Of a stretch of 40,000 bases of DNA, positions 19,462-27,603 are shown piece after piece. The notes under the pieces were generated by a model that saw only the letters and a list, made by a program, of their open reading frames with translations, ran no database searches and was not told the origin of the DNA. Both the position numbers and the translations under genes were made by a program. Numbering within the stretch: the stretch's first letter is position 1; every line of letters starts with the position of its first letter. The DNA is from Clostridium sp. OF09-36. GTDB taxonomy: Bacteria; Bacillota; Clostridia; Lachnospirales; Lachnospiraceae. The DNA lies in contig NZ_QUMD01000005.1 in assembly GCF_003481985.1 (NCBI RefSeq), positions 1 through 40,000 on the forward strand, in the 5' to 3' direction.

Positions 19462-20505
19462 ATGACAGATGAAGAATTGGAATTATTCCCGACGAGCGAG
19501 AGCGCCTTAAAAATGCTGTCCTATGTGACACCCGGATTTTACGATAAATCGTATGTCGGCAAATGGATGTTTCAGGTCATGGGGTTGGAATATGACAAGG
19601 CCTTGAAGCTAGCGGAGGAATTACCGGAACAGTTTTTCCCGGAAACAGCGACCTGGGGATTATGCTGGCATGAAATAAAATGGGGATTGCCGGTGCAGGA
19701 AAATCTTTCTTACCAGGAGCGCAGACAAGCGATATACGAAAAGAGAGATTATCATTCGCCAATGACACCGTACATTATGGAGCGGTATCTGGAAAATGCA
19801 ACCGGATTTACGGTACATATAGCAGATTGCCACGATGCAGGACCATTGAAGTATAAGCCGCCTCACCCGAATGTATTTAAGGCTTTTTTCAATGGCGATG
19901 GCACGCTGGATTCAAAGAAAGTCCGAAAGCTGATTGATAAATTAAAGGAATCACATACAACATATTTTGTGAATGACTATTCGATGTTCGAAATTGTGTT
20001 TTCTGAAAAATTCATGGTCAGCAATATAGGGTTGCTATTCAAAATACCGTTCTGGAAAGCTCGACGGTTTGATGGTTCCGAGTTGTGGGATGGTTCACAT
20101 CTCATGGATGCGGCTATCGAATATGAAATGCGACTCGGAGTGAAATACAAAGAGGGCGAATTTCGGATTGCAGAAACGTTGGATATTGAGCGAATGACAG
20201 CGAGGGCGAAAGTTCCGCTATCAGAAAAAATGCATATTGAGAAGCAGACTGTCAGTGCGAAAGCATTTAACTGGCAGTCTTTGTTTTTTGATGGCTCTGT
20301 TCCGATGGATGGAAACTTGCTGATGAATTATTGCAGAGCAGACAATAAGACTACGGCAAATATCAAAATACCGGTGGCATCCATTTCTGAAAGTTATGGA
20401 AATGCTACCTGCACAGTGAAAAGGAATCTGGCATATTTTGATGGTTCATTGAAAATGAACGGTTCAAGATTGCTTAATTCATTAAACAGAAAGGAGACTA
20501 TCTAA
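19462..20505 (+). CDS. Tail protein (XkdU/YmfQ-like N-terminus) with C-terminal FDGS repeats
   Basis: N-terminus FPETATWGL..WE..WGLP.. resembles the DUF2313 type; three FDGSxxxxGxxL(M/L)(D/N) repeats in the C-terminal half. Confidence 0.65.
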   Translation: MTDEELELFPTSESALKMLSYVTPGFYDKSYVGKWMFQVMGLEYDKALKLAEELPEQFFPETATWGLCWHEIKWGLPVQENLSYQERRQAIYEKRDYHSPMTPYIMERYLENATGFTVHIADCHDAGPLKYKPPHPNVFKAFFNGDGTLDSKKVRKLIDKLKESHTTYFVNDYSMFEIVFSEKFMVSNIGLLFKIPFWKARRFDGSELWDGSHLMDAAIEYEMRLGVKYKEGEFRIAETLDIERMTARAKVPLSEKMHIEKQTVSAKAFNWQSLFFDGSVPMDGNLLMNYCRADNKTTANIKIPVASISESYGNATCTVKRNLAYFDGSLKMNGSRLLNSLNRKETI

Positions 20506-20507
20506 GA

Positions 20508-20891
20508 ATGGCACAGAATGTAATTATTACAAAATCAGCCAGAAAGAAAATGGTACAGGCAAGAGCAGGAGCGATTACACTTCCTAAAATTGTCGGCATG
20601 GCATTTGGCTCTGGAGGAGTAGACAGCGCAGGAAATGTTATTTCTCCGTCTGAAACACAGACAGCACTGAAAAAGGAACTGCTCCGTAAGCCTATCAGCG
20701 GCTATAACTTTATCACAGAAACCACATGCAGATACGAATGCACGCTTGGAGAATCAGAGCTTGCCGGACAGTATATCAGTGAAATTGGGCTGTATGATGC
20801 CAACGGCGATATTGTTTGTATCAAGACCTTTACCAGAAAGGGAAAGGATAACGATATTGAAATGACATACACGCTGGATGATGTTTTCTAA
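20508..20891 (+). CDS. Tail-collar fibre protein domain
   Basis: 127 aa; ITLPKIVGMAFGSGG ... ISEIGLYDANGDIVCIKTF pattern matches phage tail-collar fibre N-terminal domains. Confidence 0.65.
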   Translation: MAQNVIITKSARKKMVQARAGAITLPKIVGMAFGSGGVDSAGNVISPSETQTALKKELLRKPISGYNFITETTCRYECTLGESELAGQYISEIGLYDANGDIVCIKTFTRKGKDNDIEMTYTLDDVF

Positions 20892-20912
20892 TCCGGCAGA
20901 GAGGAGGAAACC

Positions 20913-21116
20913 ATGAAAGCATACAAACCGAGTTCCGCTACCTACAAAGACAGCATTCCGATAGTGGAAACAACCGACACAAACCATGCGGATAATGTGA
21001 ACCAGGCACCGAAACAGCTCATTGAGAATGACATCGCATTAAAAGAGCAGATGGACGGATATGGATTTTCAGTTGTCGATGGCACGTTATGCGTAACCTA
21101 TGAAAGTGAGGAATAA
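20913..21116 (+). CDS. Small fibre-associated protein
   Basis: 67 aa; good SD (GAGGAGG); lies between the collar and variable fibre genes. Confidence 0.5.
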   Translation: MKAYKPSSATYKDSIPIVETTDTNHADNVNQAPKQLIENDIALKEQMDGYGFSVVDGTLCVTYESEE

Positions 21117-21121
21117 AAGAG

Positions 21122-22339
21122 ATGAGCAAAATTACAGAACCGATGCTGTTGGATAAAACCGGTCAGCAGTTTCTTGGATTGATGGAGAAACAGAACGAAT
21201 TACTCACAGCGATTGCCAGTGGGTACAATTACAAACCGACTTCCATTGCAGATGTGTTTGCAGTGGTTCAGTCAGGAAATGCAAGCCAGGTTTTTAATTA
21301 TGGCGACCAGATTATTTTACCATGGACCGACAAAGCAACCGGAAAAACATATGAGTGTCCGCTTGATGTGGTACATTTTGGAGATGTCACACTTGCGGAT
21401 GGCGAAACTGTACCGGGAATGTTGGTACAGTGGCATTATGCAACGCCTTTTGGCGTGCAGTTCAACCAGTTCCAGGCGTTTAAGTATTGCGAGGAGCAGT
21501 TACCGGCAGGAACCTACAATGTCATTATCGGTGATACCTGGGGAAATAACTGCGTAAAGGGTAAAACATACCAGTTCACGCTTACGAAGCCTGTACCAGC
21601 GAAAGGACAGCTTGCAGGATTATACAGAGCACCGGATGTCAGCCCGAGCGAATGGAAAGTATATTCATTCGAGAGCAATACGGCAACAGACCCTATCGAA
21701 ACTGTAGCGATGGTGGAGGGAACAGGCGGAACCGCCCTTGGTACATTATCTTTCAAACCGACATCGCCATTGAATGGATTGCAGAGCACAGCTTACGGAT
21801 ATAACCGTTGGGCGCAGAGTGCTATGCGTCAGTGGCTTAATTCCGAAGAGGCAAACGGTAAGTGGTGGACACCACAGCACAATTTTGACCGTACACCGGA
21901 CCAGCTCAAAGAAAAGCATGGATTTCTTACCGGATTCGATGAGGAATTTACAAAGAGATTGAAAGCAACGAAAGTATCCACCTGGAAGAACACTCTTACA
22001 GACAATGGAGATACGGACGGTATTGAGGTAACTTACGATAAAGTGTTCCTGCCGAGTTTGGAGGCAATGTCAATCAATCCGCAGAAAGCTGGCGAGGACG
22101 ATGTATGGGAATACTGGAAACGTGCATCCGGTATGGCGGAGAAAATGCAGCAGTACAAGACTTATCCGCAGATTCGTACATTTGCGATTGAGAATCACAC
22201 TTCGCCGCATTACGTCCGCCTGCGCTCGGCTTATCGGGGCGCCTCGCACGGTACGTGGTATGTGTACGCCGATGGTAACGTCAACTACTACAACGCGTAC
22301 TGGGCTGTTCGCTGCGCTCCGGCTTGTTGGCTTTGCTAA
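21122..22339 (+). CDS. DGR target 1: variable receptor-binding (fibre) protein with C-terminal VR
   Basis: The 3' end (22212-22327) matches TR except almost only at TR adenines; C-terminus ...WYVYADGNVNYYNAYWAVRCAPAC is typical of lectin-fold DGR targets. Confidence 0.85.
   Translation: MSKITEPMLLDKTGQQFLGLMEKQNELLTAIASGYNYKPTSIADVFAVVQSGNASQVFNYGDQIILPWTDKATGKTYECPLDVVHFGDVTLADGETVPGMLVQWHYATPFGVQFNQFQAFKYCEEQLPAGTYNVIIGDTWGNNCVKGKTYQFTLTKPVPAKGQLAGLYRAPDVSPSEWKVYSFESNTATDPIETVAMVEGTGGTALGTLSFKPTSPLNGLQSTAYGYNRWAQSAMRQWLNSEEANGKWWTPQHNFDRTPDQLKEKHGFLTGFDEEFTKRLKATKVSTWKNTLTDNGDTDGIEVTYDKVFLPSLEAMSINPQKAGEDDVWEYWKRASGMAEKMQQYKTYPQIRTFAIENHTSPHYVRLRSAYRGASHGTWYVYADGNVNYYNAYWAVRCAPACWLC
22212..22327 (+). 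repeat. DGR variable repeat VR1
   Basis: Gap-free 116-nt alignment with TR 22867-22982; 14 mismatches by hand, 13 at TR adenines. Confidence 0.9.
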
Positions 22340-22358
22340 TCGAATAATCGTTTTAATC

Positions 22359-22380
22359 CCCGGCACCCACGGATGCCGGG
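22359..22380 (+). promoter_or_regulatory. GC-rich hairpin 3' of VR1 (DGR target-recognition-type element; also terminator-like)
   Basis: CCCGGCA-CCCACGGA-TGCCGGG followed by ATATTTTTT; 21/22 identical to 37204-37225 downstream of VR2. Confidence 0.75.
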
Positions 22381-22405
22381 ATATTTTTTGAAAGGAGGAA
22401 TCAAG

Positions 22406-22831
22406 ATGGCAGTACCAGAGGGAGAAAGACGACCATGTAAGATGGACGTATTCATGCACGAGTTGGACCTTGTGACATATACGCTCCAGATTACAAGAAA
22501 TGAGAAAATATTTCTTCCAGAATATAAAGGCTGCGTTACGGACGATATTGTGGAAACCGCAAAGAATATTTACATAGATTCATGGGACGCAAACAATATC
22601 AGAGTACAGAAACGTGGCGATAGCAACTGGGAGGAGAGGAGCCGTCTACAGTTAAGAGCCGCAAGAAATTGCAACAGGCTTTTAGCACTCATAGGCATCG
22701 CAAAATCCTCGTTTCACCTGAAATCAAAGCGTGTCAAATACTGGGTTGGTAAAGTATTAAAAATCCGGGGAATGATACGAAACTGGAATGAAAGCGATAG
22801 TGAACGCTATGCCGTAAAACAACGGAAATAG
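22406..22831 (+). CDS. avd: DGR accessory variability determinant (Avd-like)
   Basis: ~141 aa, basic, helical; lies between target and TR; ATG 22406 follows AAAGGAGG (track start 22373 is inside the hairpin). Confidence 0.7.
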   Translation: MAVPEGERRPCKMDVFMHELDLVTYTLQITRNEKIFLPEYKGCVTDDIVETAKNIYIDSWDANNIRVQKRGDSNWEERSRLQLRAARNCNRLLALIGIAKSSFHLKSKRVKYWVGKVLKIRGMIRNWNESDSERYAVKQRK

Positions 22832-22866
22832 TGTTTATTATACAGGGATGAGGACTGAAACGCAGA

Positions 22867-22982
22867 ACGTCCGCCTGCGCTCGGCTAATCGGGGCAACTC
22901 GAACAATACGTGGTATGTGAACTCCGATGGTAACGTCAACAACAACAACGCGAACTGGGCTAATCGCTGCGCTCCGGATTGT
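22867..22982 (+). repeat. DGR template repeat (TR)
   Basis: Adenine-rich (29 A in 116 nt; 12 AAC/AAT codons in the VR frame); matches VR1 and VR2; immediately upstream of the RT. Confidence 0.9.
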
Positions 22983-23083
22983 GTGGTATTTAGGACATAC
23001 GGCTGCCTCACAGAGGTGGTGCTCCGACCAATCTAACACAAGGAGTTCTTATCCTTGCCGAATGGCAAAACACCACTGTAGCG

Positions 23084-24205
23084 ATGCAGTCAGCCCTTGA
23101 AAGGACTGGTACTGCTATATACGTTATGGACAATAATTCAAATTACGTGGATAGAGAAGAGATAATCGGTTTCGATGCCTTGTACGATTCAATGATGAAA
23201 AGTAAGAAAGGGGTTACCTGGAAAGGTTCGGTTGCTCATTATGTGCTTAACAGCATGGAGGAAACTTACAAATTGAGCGAAGAGCTTGAAAAGGGAACCT
23301 ATAAAGCAAGGCCGACAACACAATTTAAGATAACATCACCGAAACCCAGGGACATAATAAGTACTTGCTTTCGGGATAGGGTATATCAGCGGAGTTTGAA
23401 TGATAACGCTCTATACCCGATTATGACAAAACAGCTCATTCGTGATAATTGGGCTTGCCAGAAAGGAAAGGGAACGGACGATGCAAGGGATAGAATGAAA
23501 ATATTTCTGCAAAGGATGTACCGGAAATATGGCACAGATTTCTATGGTTTACAATGCGACATTCATGGATATTACCCGAATATGAGGCATGACCTTACAA
23601 AAGAATTGTTCCGGGATAAACTGGACGATTGGCTGTATGAGCAGACTGCAACTGTTCTTGACGGACAGTACGCAGGGGATGTGGGATATAATCCTGGCAG
23701 CCAAATGATACAGATAGCCGGTATTACATTTCTAAGTGAGTACGACCATATGATGAGGGAGCAGACCGAAGCCGAGGATTACGGCAGATATATGGATGAT
23801 TCAACACTGTTCCATCCATCAAAAGAATATCTGGAAAACCTAAAATTGATAAATGAGAAATACCTTGCAAGCAGGGGAATGGAGTACAACTCGAAGAAAA
23901 CGAAAGTATTCAGCATTAAAGAGGGCTTTACATTCCTGGGATTCAAGTATCGGTTGACGGATACTGGAAAAGTTATCATGACAGTCAGCTCGGAGAAAGT
24001 CAAAGAAAGGCGCAGAAAGCTCCGTAAGCTGGTGAGGAAAGCCAAAAGAGGCGAAATCACAAAGGCGAAAGTAGATGACTGTTATCAAGCATGGAGGAGC
24101 CATGCGAGCAAAGGAAATTCCTTTCACCTTATACGCCGCATGGACAAATTTTACAAGAGTTTATGGAATGACCAAGAAACGGAGGTAACTGACAATGAGA
24201 ATTAA
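23084..24205 (+). CDS. DGR reverse transcriptase
   Basis: RT motifs RDRVYQRSL, QKGKGT, GYNPGSQ (DGR-type SQ motif), YMDD, FLGFKY; start uncertain (ATG 23084 or 23126, neither has a clear SD). Confidence 0.85.
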   Translation: MQSALERTGTAIYVMDNNSNYVDREEIIGFDALYDSMMKSKKGVTWKGSVAHYVLNSMEETYKLSEELEKGTYKARPTTQFKITSPKPRDIISTCFRDRVYQRSLNDNALYPIMTKQLIRDNWACQKGKGTDDARDRMKIFLQRMYRKYGTDFYGLQCDIHGYYPNMRHDLTKELFRDKLDDWLYEQTATVLDGQYAGDVGYNPGSQMIQIAGITFLSEYDHMMREQTEAEDYGRYMDDSTLFHPSKEYLENLKLINEKYLASRGMEYNSKKTKVFSIKEGFTFLGFKYRLTDTGKVIMTVSSEKVKERRRKLRKLVRKAKRGEITKAKVDDCYQAWRSHASKGNSFHLIRRMDKFYKSLWNDQETEVTDNEN

Positions 24206-24362
24206 GCAGATGGACGGCAGTATTTATGATAGCCGGGCGAATGAAAACCTGCGTGCAACAGTTGCAGAGCAGGCAGCCACGATTGATTATCTGGCTATGA
24301 TGGCAGATATTGATATTCCGACAGAAGATAAAAACGAAATGGGAGGCGTAGACGATGAGTGA
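24195..24362 (+). CDS. Small hypothetical protein (55 aa, below the track threshold)
   Basis: ATG 24195 is 8 nt after GGAGGT; overlaps the RT stop; reads MRIKQMDGSIYDSRANENLRATVAEQAATIDYLAMMADIDIP... Confidence 0.5.
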   Translation: MRIKQMDGSIYDSRANENLRATVAEQAATIDYLAMMADIDIPTEDKNEMGGVDDE

Positions 24363-24534
24363 TACACAGAACATGGAACAGGCGCAGGAAGTACAGCACA
24401 GTCCTAAATTTGAGGACATCAAAGGTTACCATGACAGCGGTTTCTGGAACGCCGCCATGGTAAAAAATGCTGTCAAGAAAAAGAGAATCACAGCAGAAGA
24501 ATATACGGAGATTACCGGAAAGGAATACCAGTAA
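24355..24534 (+). CDS. XkdX-like small phage protein (59 aa)
   Basis: ATG 24355 after GGGAGG; C-terminus WNAAMVKNAVKKKRITAEEYTEITGKEY matches the XkdX-family signature. Confidence 0.6.
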   Translation: MSDTQNMEQAQEVQHSPKFEDIKGYHDSGFWNAAMVKNAVKKKRITAEEYTEITGKEYQ

Positions 24535-24585
24535 GAGGAGGGAAAAAGCAGGTGCTTTGCAGAAGTCCACCTGGCATAATGCCTT

Positions 24586-24855
24586 ATGAATAAAATATCG
24601 ATACCGCCCTTGTCAGAATATTACAACTTTGACCGGTTGGAGGATGCGGCAAGGGAATTACATCTGAATACAGAAGAGCAGGAGAATGAAGAAAAATTAT
24701 TCAACCTGCATAACCATTTGATATGGCATTCGTACCGTCCTTTCGAGGATGCGCTTACGGATGCCATTTTCAGTGTTGTTATTCAGAAAATAATTGAGGA
24801 TTACAACCTTACTCCGCAGGACGCACCGGCTGACTACCGGGATTTGTTGGAGTGA
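24586..24855 (+). CDS. Hypothetical protein
   Basis: 89-aa ORF with no obvious SD. Confidence 0.35.
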   Translation: MNKISIPPLSEYYNFDRLEDAARELHLNTEEQENEEKLFNLHNHLIWHSYRPFEDALTDAIFSVVIQKIIEDYNLTPQDAPADYRDLLE

Positions 24856-24875
24856 GAGAAAGGAAGTATAGGACA

Positions 24876-25229
24876 ATGGATTTATTTTCATTAGCCATCG
24901 CCATAGGGATTCCATCGGCAATCACAGGTTTTTGCTTTTGGTGCTTGGAACACCACATGGAGAAGCGAGAGGAGCGGGACAAGGAGGAACGCAAGAAAAG
25001 GCAGAAAGAGCAGGACGAGAGGGAACAGGCGAGAGAAAAGGGCGAGCTGTGCATCATCAACTGCATAAATGCCTCGCTTGCGCTCGGAGAAGCCACAGCA
25101 AAAGCGGTACAGCGTATCCCTGATGCGAAATGCAATGGAGATATGCACGCCGCCCTGGATTATGCTCAGAAAGTGAAGCATGAACAGAAAGATTTCCTGA
25201 ACTCCCAGGCTTTACATCAACTTTACTGA
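24876..25229 (+). CDS. Membrane-anchored coiled-coil protein (lysis-cassette associated)
   Basis: N-terminal TM LFSLAIAIGIPSAITGFCFW, then a charged helix; ATG 24876 after GAAAGGAAG. Confidence 0.5.
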   Translation: MDLFSLAIAIGIPSAITGFCFWCLEHHMEKREERDKEERKKRQKEQDEREQAREKGELCIINCINASLALGEATAKAVQRIPDAKCNGDMHAALDYAQKVKHEQKDFLNSQALHQLY

Positions 25230-25243
25230 TTGGAGGTTGCGGA

Positions 25244-25594
25244 GTGAGGAAAAGAAGAGTTACTAAAAATAAAAGTAAAGCCGCCATTCTTTGGATGTGG
25301 GAGCATACCAAAATGATTGTGAACTGCCTGTCGGTATTGTATGTGCTGAACTGGCTGTATTCCCTGGTCGTGATTGTGGTTGCGATAAAGGAAACCGGGC
25401 AATTCAGCTACCTAGATACTCTTATAAGCGAAACGAATGAAACGTTCCGAATTGTGGTGGGGGCGAACATAGTCAAAGCAGGTGTTGAAAACATATTCAA
25501 ATACAACGATTTTGGCGGCAAGGGTTCCCGGTATATGGGGACCAGTAACAGTGAAAATGAAAACATAGAAAATGTGGAGGACAACAGAGGATGA
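25244..25594 (+). CDS. Membrane protein (holin-like candidate)
   Basis: GTG start after GGAGGT; hydrophobic segment IVNCLSVLYVLNWLYSLVVIVVAI. Confidence 0.5.
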   Translation: MRKRRVTKNKSKAAILWMWEHTKMIVNCLSVLYVLNWLYSLVVIVVAIKETGQFSYLDTLISETNETFRIVVGANIVKAGVENIFKYNDFGGKGSRYMGTSNSENENIENVEDNRG

Positions 25595-25950
25595 ATGACA
25601 TTATTTTTGAAGCATTAAAGTTACTGATTATGGTTTGCGTGGCTGTAATTGCCAGATACGTTATTCCTTGGCTTAAAAGCAGAATCGAGCAGGATAAGAT
25701 GGCAGCCATCGAAAAGATGGTTACACAGGCCGTACTATACGCGCAGCAGGTACTCACATCAAAGAGTGGAGCCGAGAAAAAAGCTATTGTTACTGACCTG
25801 CTAAAAGAAATGCTGACAGCAAAGAATATTTCCATTACTGATGAACAGCTTAACATTTTGATTGAAGCGGCTGTCAAGCAGATGAAGATGGAGGAAAACG
25901 CAGGAATCGTAATCGAAGCAGTAGACGAACAGACAACAAAAACTGAATAA
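25591..25950 (+). CDS. Holin (LL-H / phi-LC3-type)
   Basis: N-terminal TM plus ...AQQVLTSKSGAEKKAIV...ISITDEQLNILIEAAVKQM pattern; directly upstream of the endolysin. Confidence 0.7.
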   Translation: MNDIIFEALKLLIMVCVAVIARYVIPWLKSRIEQDKMAAIEKMVTQAVLYAQQVLTSKSGAEKKAIVTDLLKEMLTAKNISITDEQLNILIEAAVKQMKMEENAGIVIEAVDEQTTKTE

Positions 25951-25968
25951 AAGACAGGAGATGATACC

Positions 25969-27477
25969 ATGTCGCTCAAAGGAAATAGCAATGAAGAGCG
26001 CATCTGGAATTTTCTGATAAGCAAGGGGCTTAATCCATTTGGTGTTGCAGGTTTGATGGGAAATCTGGACCGAGAAAGTGGGTTGAGCCCTATTAACTTG
26101 CAGAATACCTACGAGAAAATACTGGGATTTACGGATGATACCTACACAACATCCGTAGACAATGGCGATTATCAGAATTTCGTACATGACAAAGCAGGAT
26201 ACGGCATTGCGCAGTGGACGTATTGGAGCAGAAAACAAAACCTGCAGAAGTATGCGCAGAAAAAGGGAGCCTCCATCGGTGACCTGGAAATGCAACTCGA
26301 ATTTCTTATACAGGAATTGAGCAGCAGCTATAAATCTGTGCTGAACGTGCTGAAAACAGCAACGAGCGTTTCCCAGGCATCAAATGCCGTACTGCTTAAT
26401 TTTGAAAAACCGGCAAACCAGGGAAGTTCCGTACAAAAAGAAAGAGCCGAATGCGGACAGAAATTTTATGACAAATATGCGTCTGGAAAAGGAGGAACAT
26501 CTATCATGGGAAAGACGATTACAACAGGATGGCTTTCAGCCGTTATCAATGGAATTAAAATCAAATCTGATTTGAGATGCAACCTGGATAATTACAGCAG
26601 CAGGTCAAGCAGAGATGCTTCATACGTGACTATGCATTACACAGGAAATAATAAGGACACAGCAAGGGCGAATGCAAACTATTTCGGTGGAGCCGGAAGA
26701 AATGCATCCGCCCATTTGTTTGTGGATGATACGGAAATCTACCAGAGTGTACCGTTAAATTCTGTAGCATGGCATTGTGGAGCGCAGACATATAAACACG
26801 CATATTGCAGAAATGCAAACAGTATCGGTATTGAGATGTGCTGTACCGCCGGAAATTATAAGATTTCCGAAAAGACTAAACAGAACGCCGCATATCTGTG
26901 CGCGTATATCTGTAAAATGCTTGGCATCAGTGCAGGCGAAGTTGACAAGTATGTACTCCGTCACTGGGATGTTACAGGAAAGAATTGCCCGGCACAGATG
27001 GCAGGAAGTAACAATGCTGAATGGGTAGCATTCAAAAATATGGTAAAATCCATCCTTAATGGTGGAGGAACCGGCAACAGCACTTCCGGTGGAACGCAGA
27101 CAAAGCAGATGTACAGAGTGCGTAAAACCTGGGCTGATGCAGCGAGTCAGAAAGGTGCATTTACGAGCCTGGAAAACGCAAAAAAATGTGCTGACGAAAA
27201 TAAGGGTTATAGCGTATTTGATTCCAACGGAAACAAGGTATATCCGGCATCGGCAAATACCGGAACGTCATGCAACTATGTGGTAAAAATCACAGTTGAT
27301 GGATTGAGATACAGGGACAATCCTGGAACCAGTGGAACAAAGGTACTGGGATATTTGAAAAAGAATTACAAATATACAGTAGTGGAAGAACGCACTGTAA
27401 ATGGCGTAAAATGGGGCAAGCTGAAATCTGGCGCAGGATGGTTTTCGTTACAGTCAGAATATTCTGTACGCTGTTAA
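25969..27477 (+). CDS. Multidomain endolysin (lysozyme-like N-terminus + MurNAc-L-Ala amidase + SH3-like wall-binding C-terminus)
   Basis: GLMGNLDRESGL..YGIAQWTYWSRK (phage lysozyme type); AHLFVDD..AWHCG..IGIEMC..RHWDVTGKNCP (amidase_2); C-terminal VKWGKLKSGAGW. Confidence 0.85.
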   Translation: MSLKGNSNEERIWNFLISKGLNPFGVAGLMGNLDRESGLSPINLQNTYEKILGFTDDTYTTSVDNGDYQNFVHDKAGYGIAQWTYWSRKQNLQKYAQKKGASIGDLEMQLEFLIQELSSSYKSVLNVLKTATSVSQASNAVLLNFEKPANQGSSVQKERAECGQKFYDKYASGKGGTSIMGKTITTGWLSAVINGIKIKSDLRCNLDNYSSRSSRDASYVTMHYTGNNKDTARANANYFGGAGRNASAHLFVDDTEIYQSVPLNSVAWHCGAQTYKHAYCRNANSIGIEMCCTAGNYKISEKTKQNAAYLCAYICKMLGISAGEVDKYVLRHWDVTGKNCPAQMAGSNNAEWVAFKNMVKSILNGGGTGNSTSGGTQTKQMYRVRKTWADAASQKGAFTSLENAKKCADENKGYSVFDSNGNKVYPASANTGTSCNYVVKITVDGLRYRDNPGTSGTKVLGYLKKNYKYTVVEERTVNGVKWGKLKSGAGWFSLQSEYSVRC

Positions 27478-27494
27478 TGCTTGACAAATAAGGA

Positions 27495-27542
27495 GAACGG
27501 ACCTCTCTATCACACAAAATGTGGTGGAGGGGTTCTTTTTTT
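27495..27542 (+). terminator. Possible weak terminator after the endolysin gene
   Basis: Imperfect stem (GAAC..CCTC / GAGG.GTTC) followed by a T7 run; large loop. Confidence 0.3.
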
Positions 27543-27603
27543 ATACTCGAAAATATTATGCATATATGGTAGACTGTAGAAAAAGCCAGGAGGTCTAAGA
27601 GGA

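Noticed and set aside
22373-22405. Track start codons lying inside the VR-proximal hairpins (ATG 22373 for avd, ATG 37214 for ORF 37214-37837)
   Set aside because: Both ATGs are part of the conserved 22-nt hairpin and lack an SD. Downstream ATGs (22406 and 37250) have proper ribosome-binding sites.
22848-23036. Track ORF of 62 aa (MRTETQNVRLRSANRGNSNN...) between avd and the RT
   Set aside because: It is the TR read in the VR frame. It has no SD and an Asn-rich template sequence, so it is a non-coding DGR template rather than a gene.
27541-27603. Possible dedicated promoter for the lipoprotein moron (TTATAC ... TATATG region)
   Set aside because: No convincing -35/-10 pair with proper spacing could be read, so it is left uncalled.
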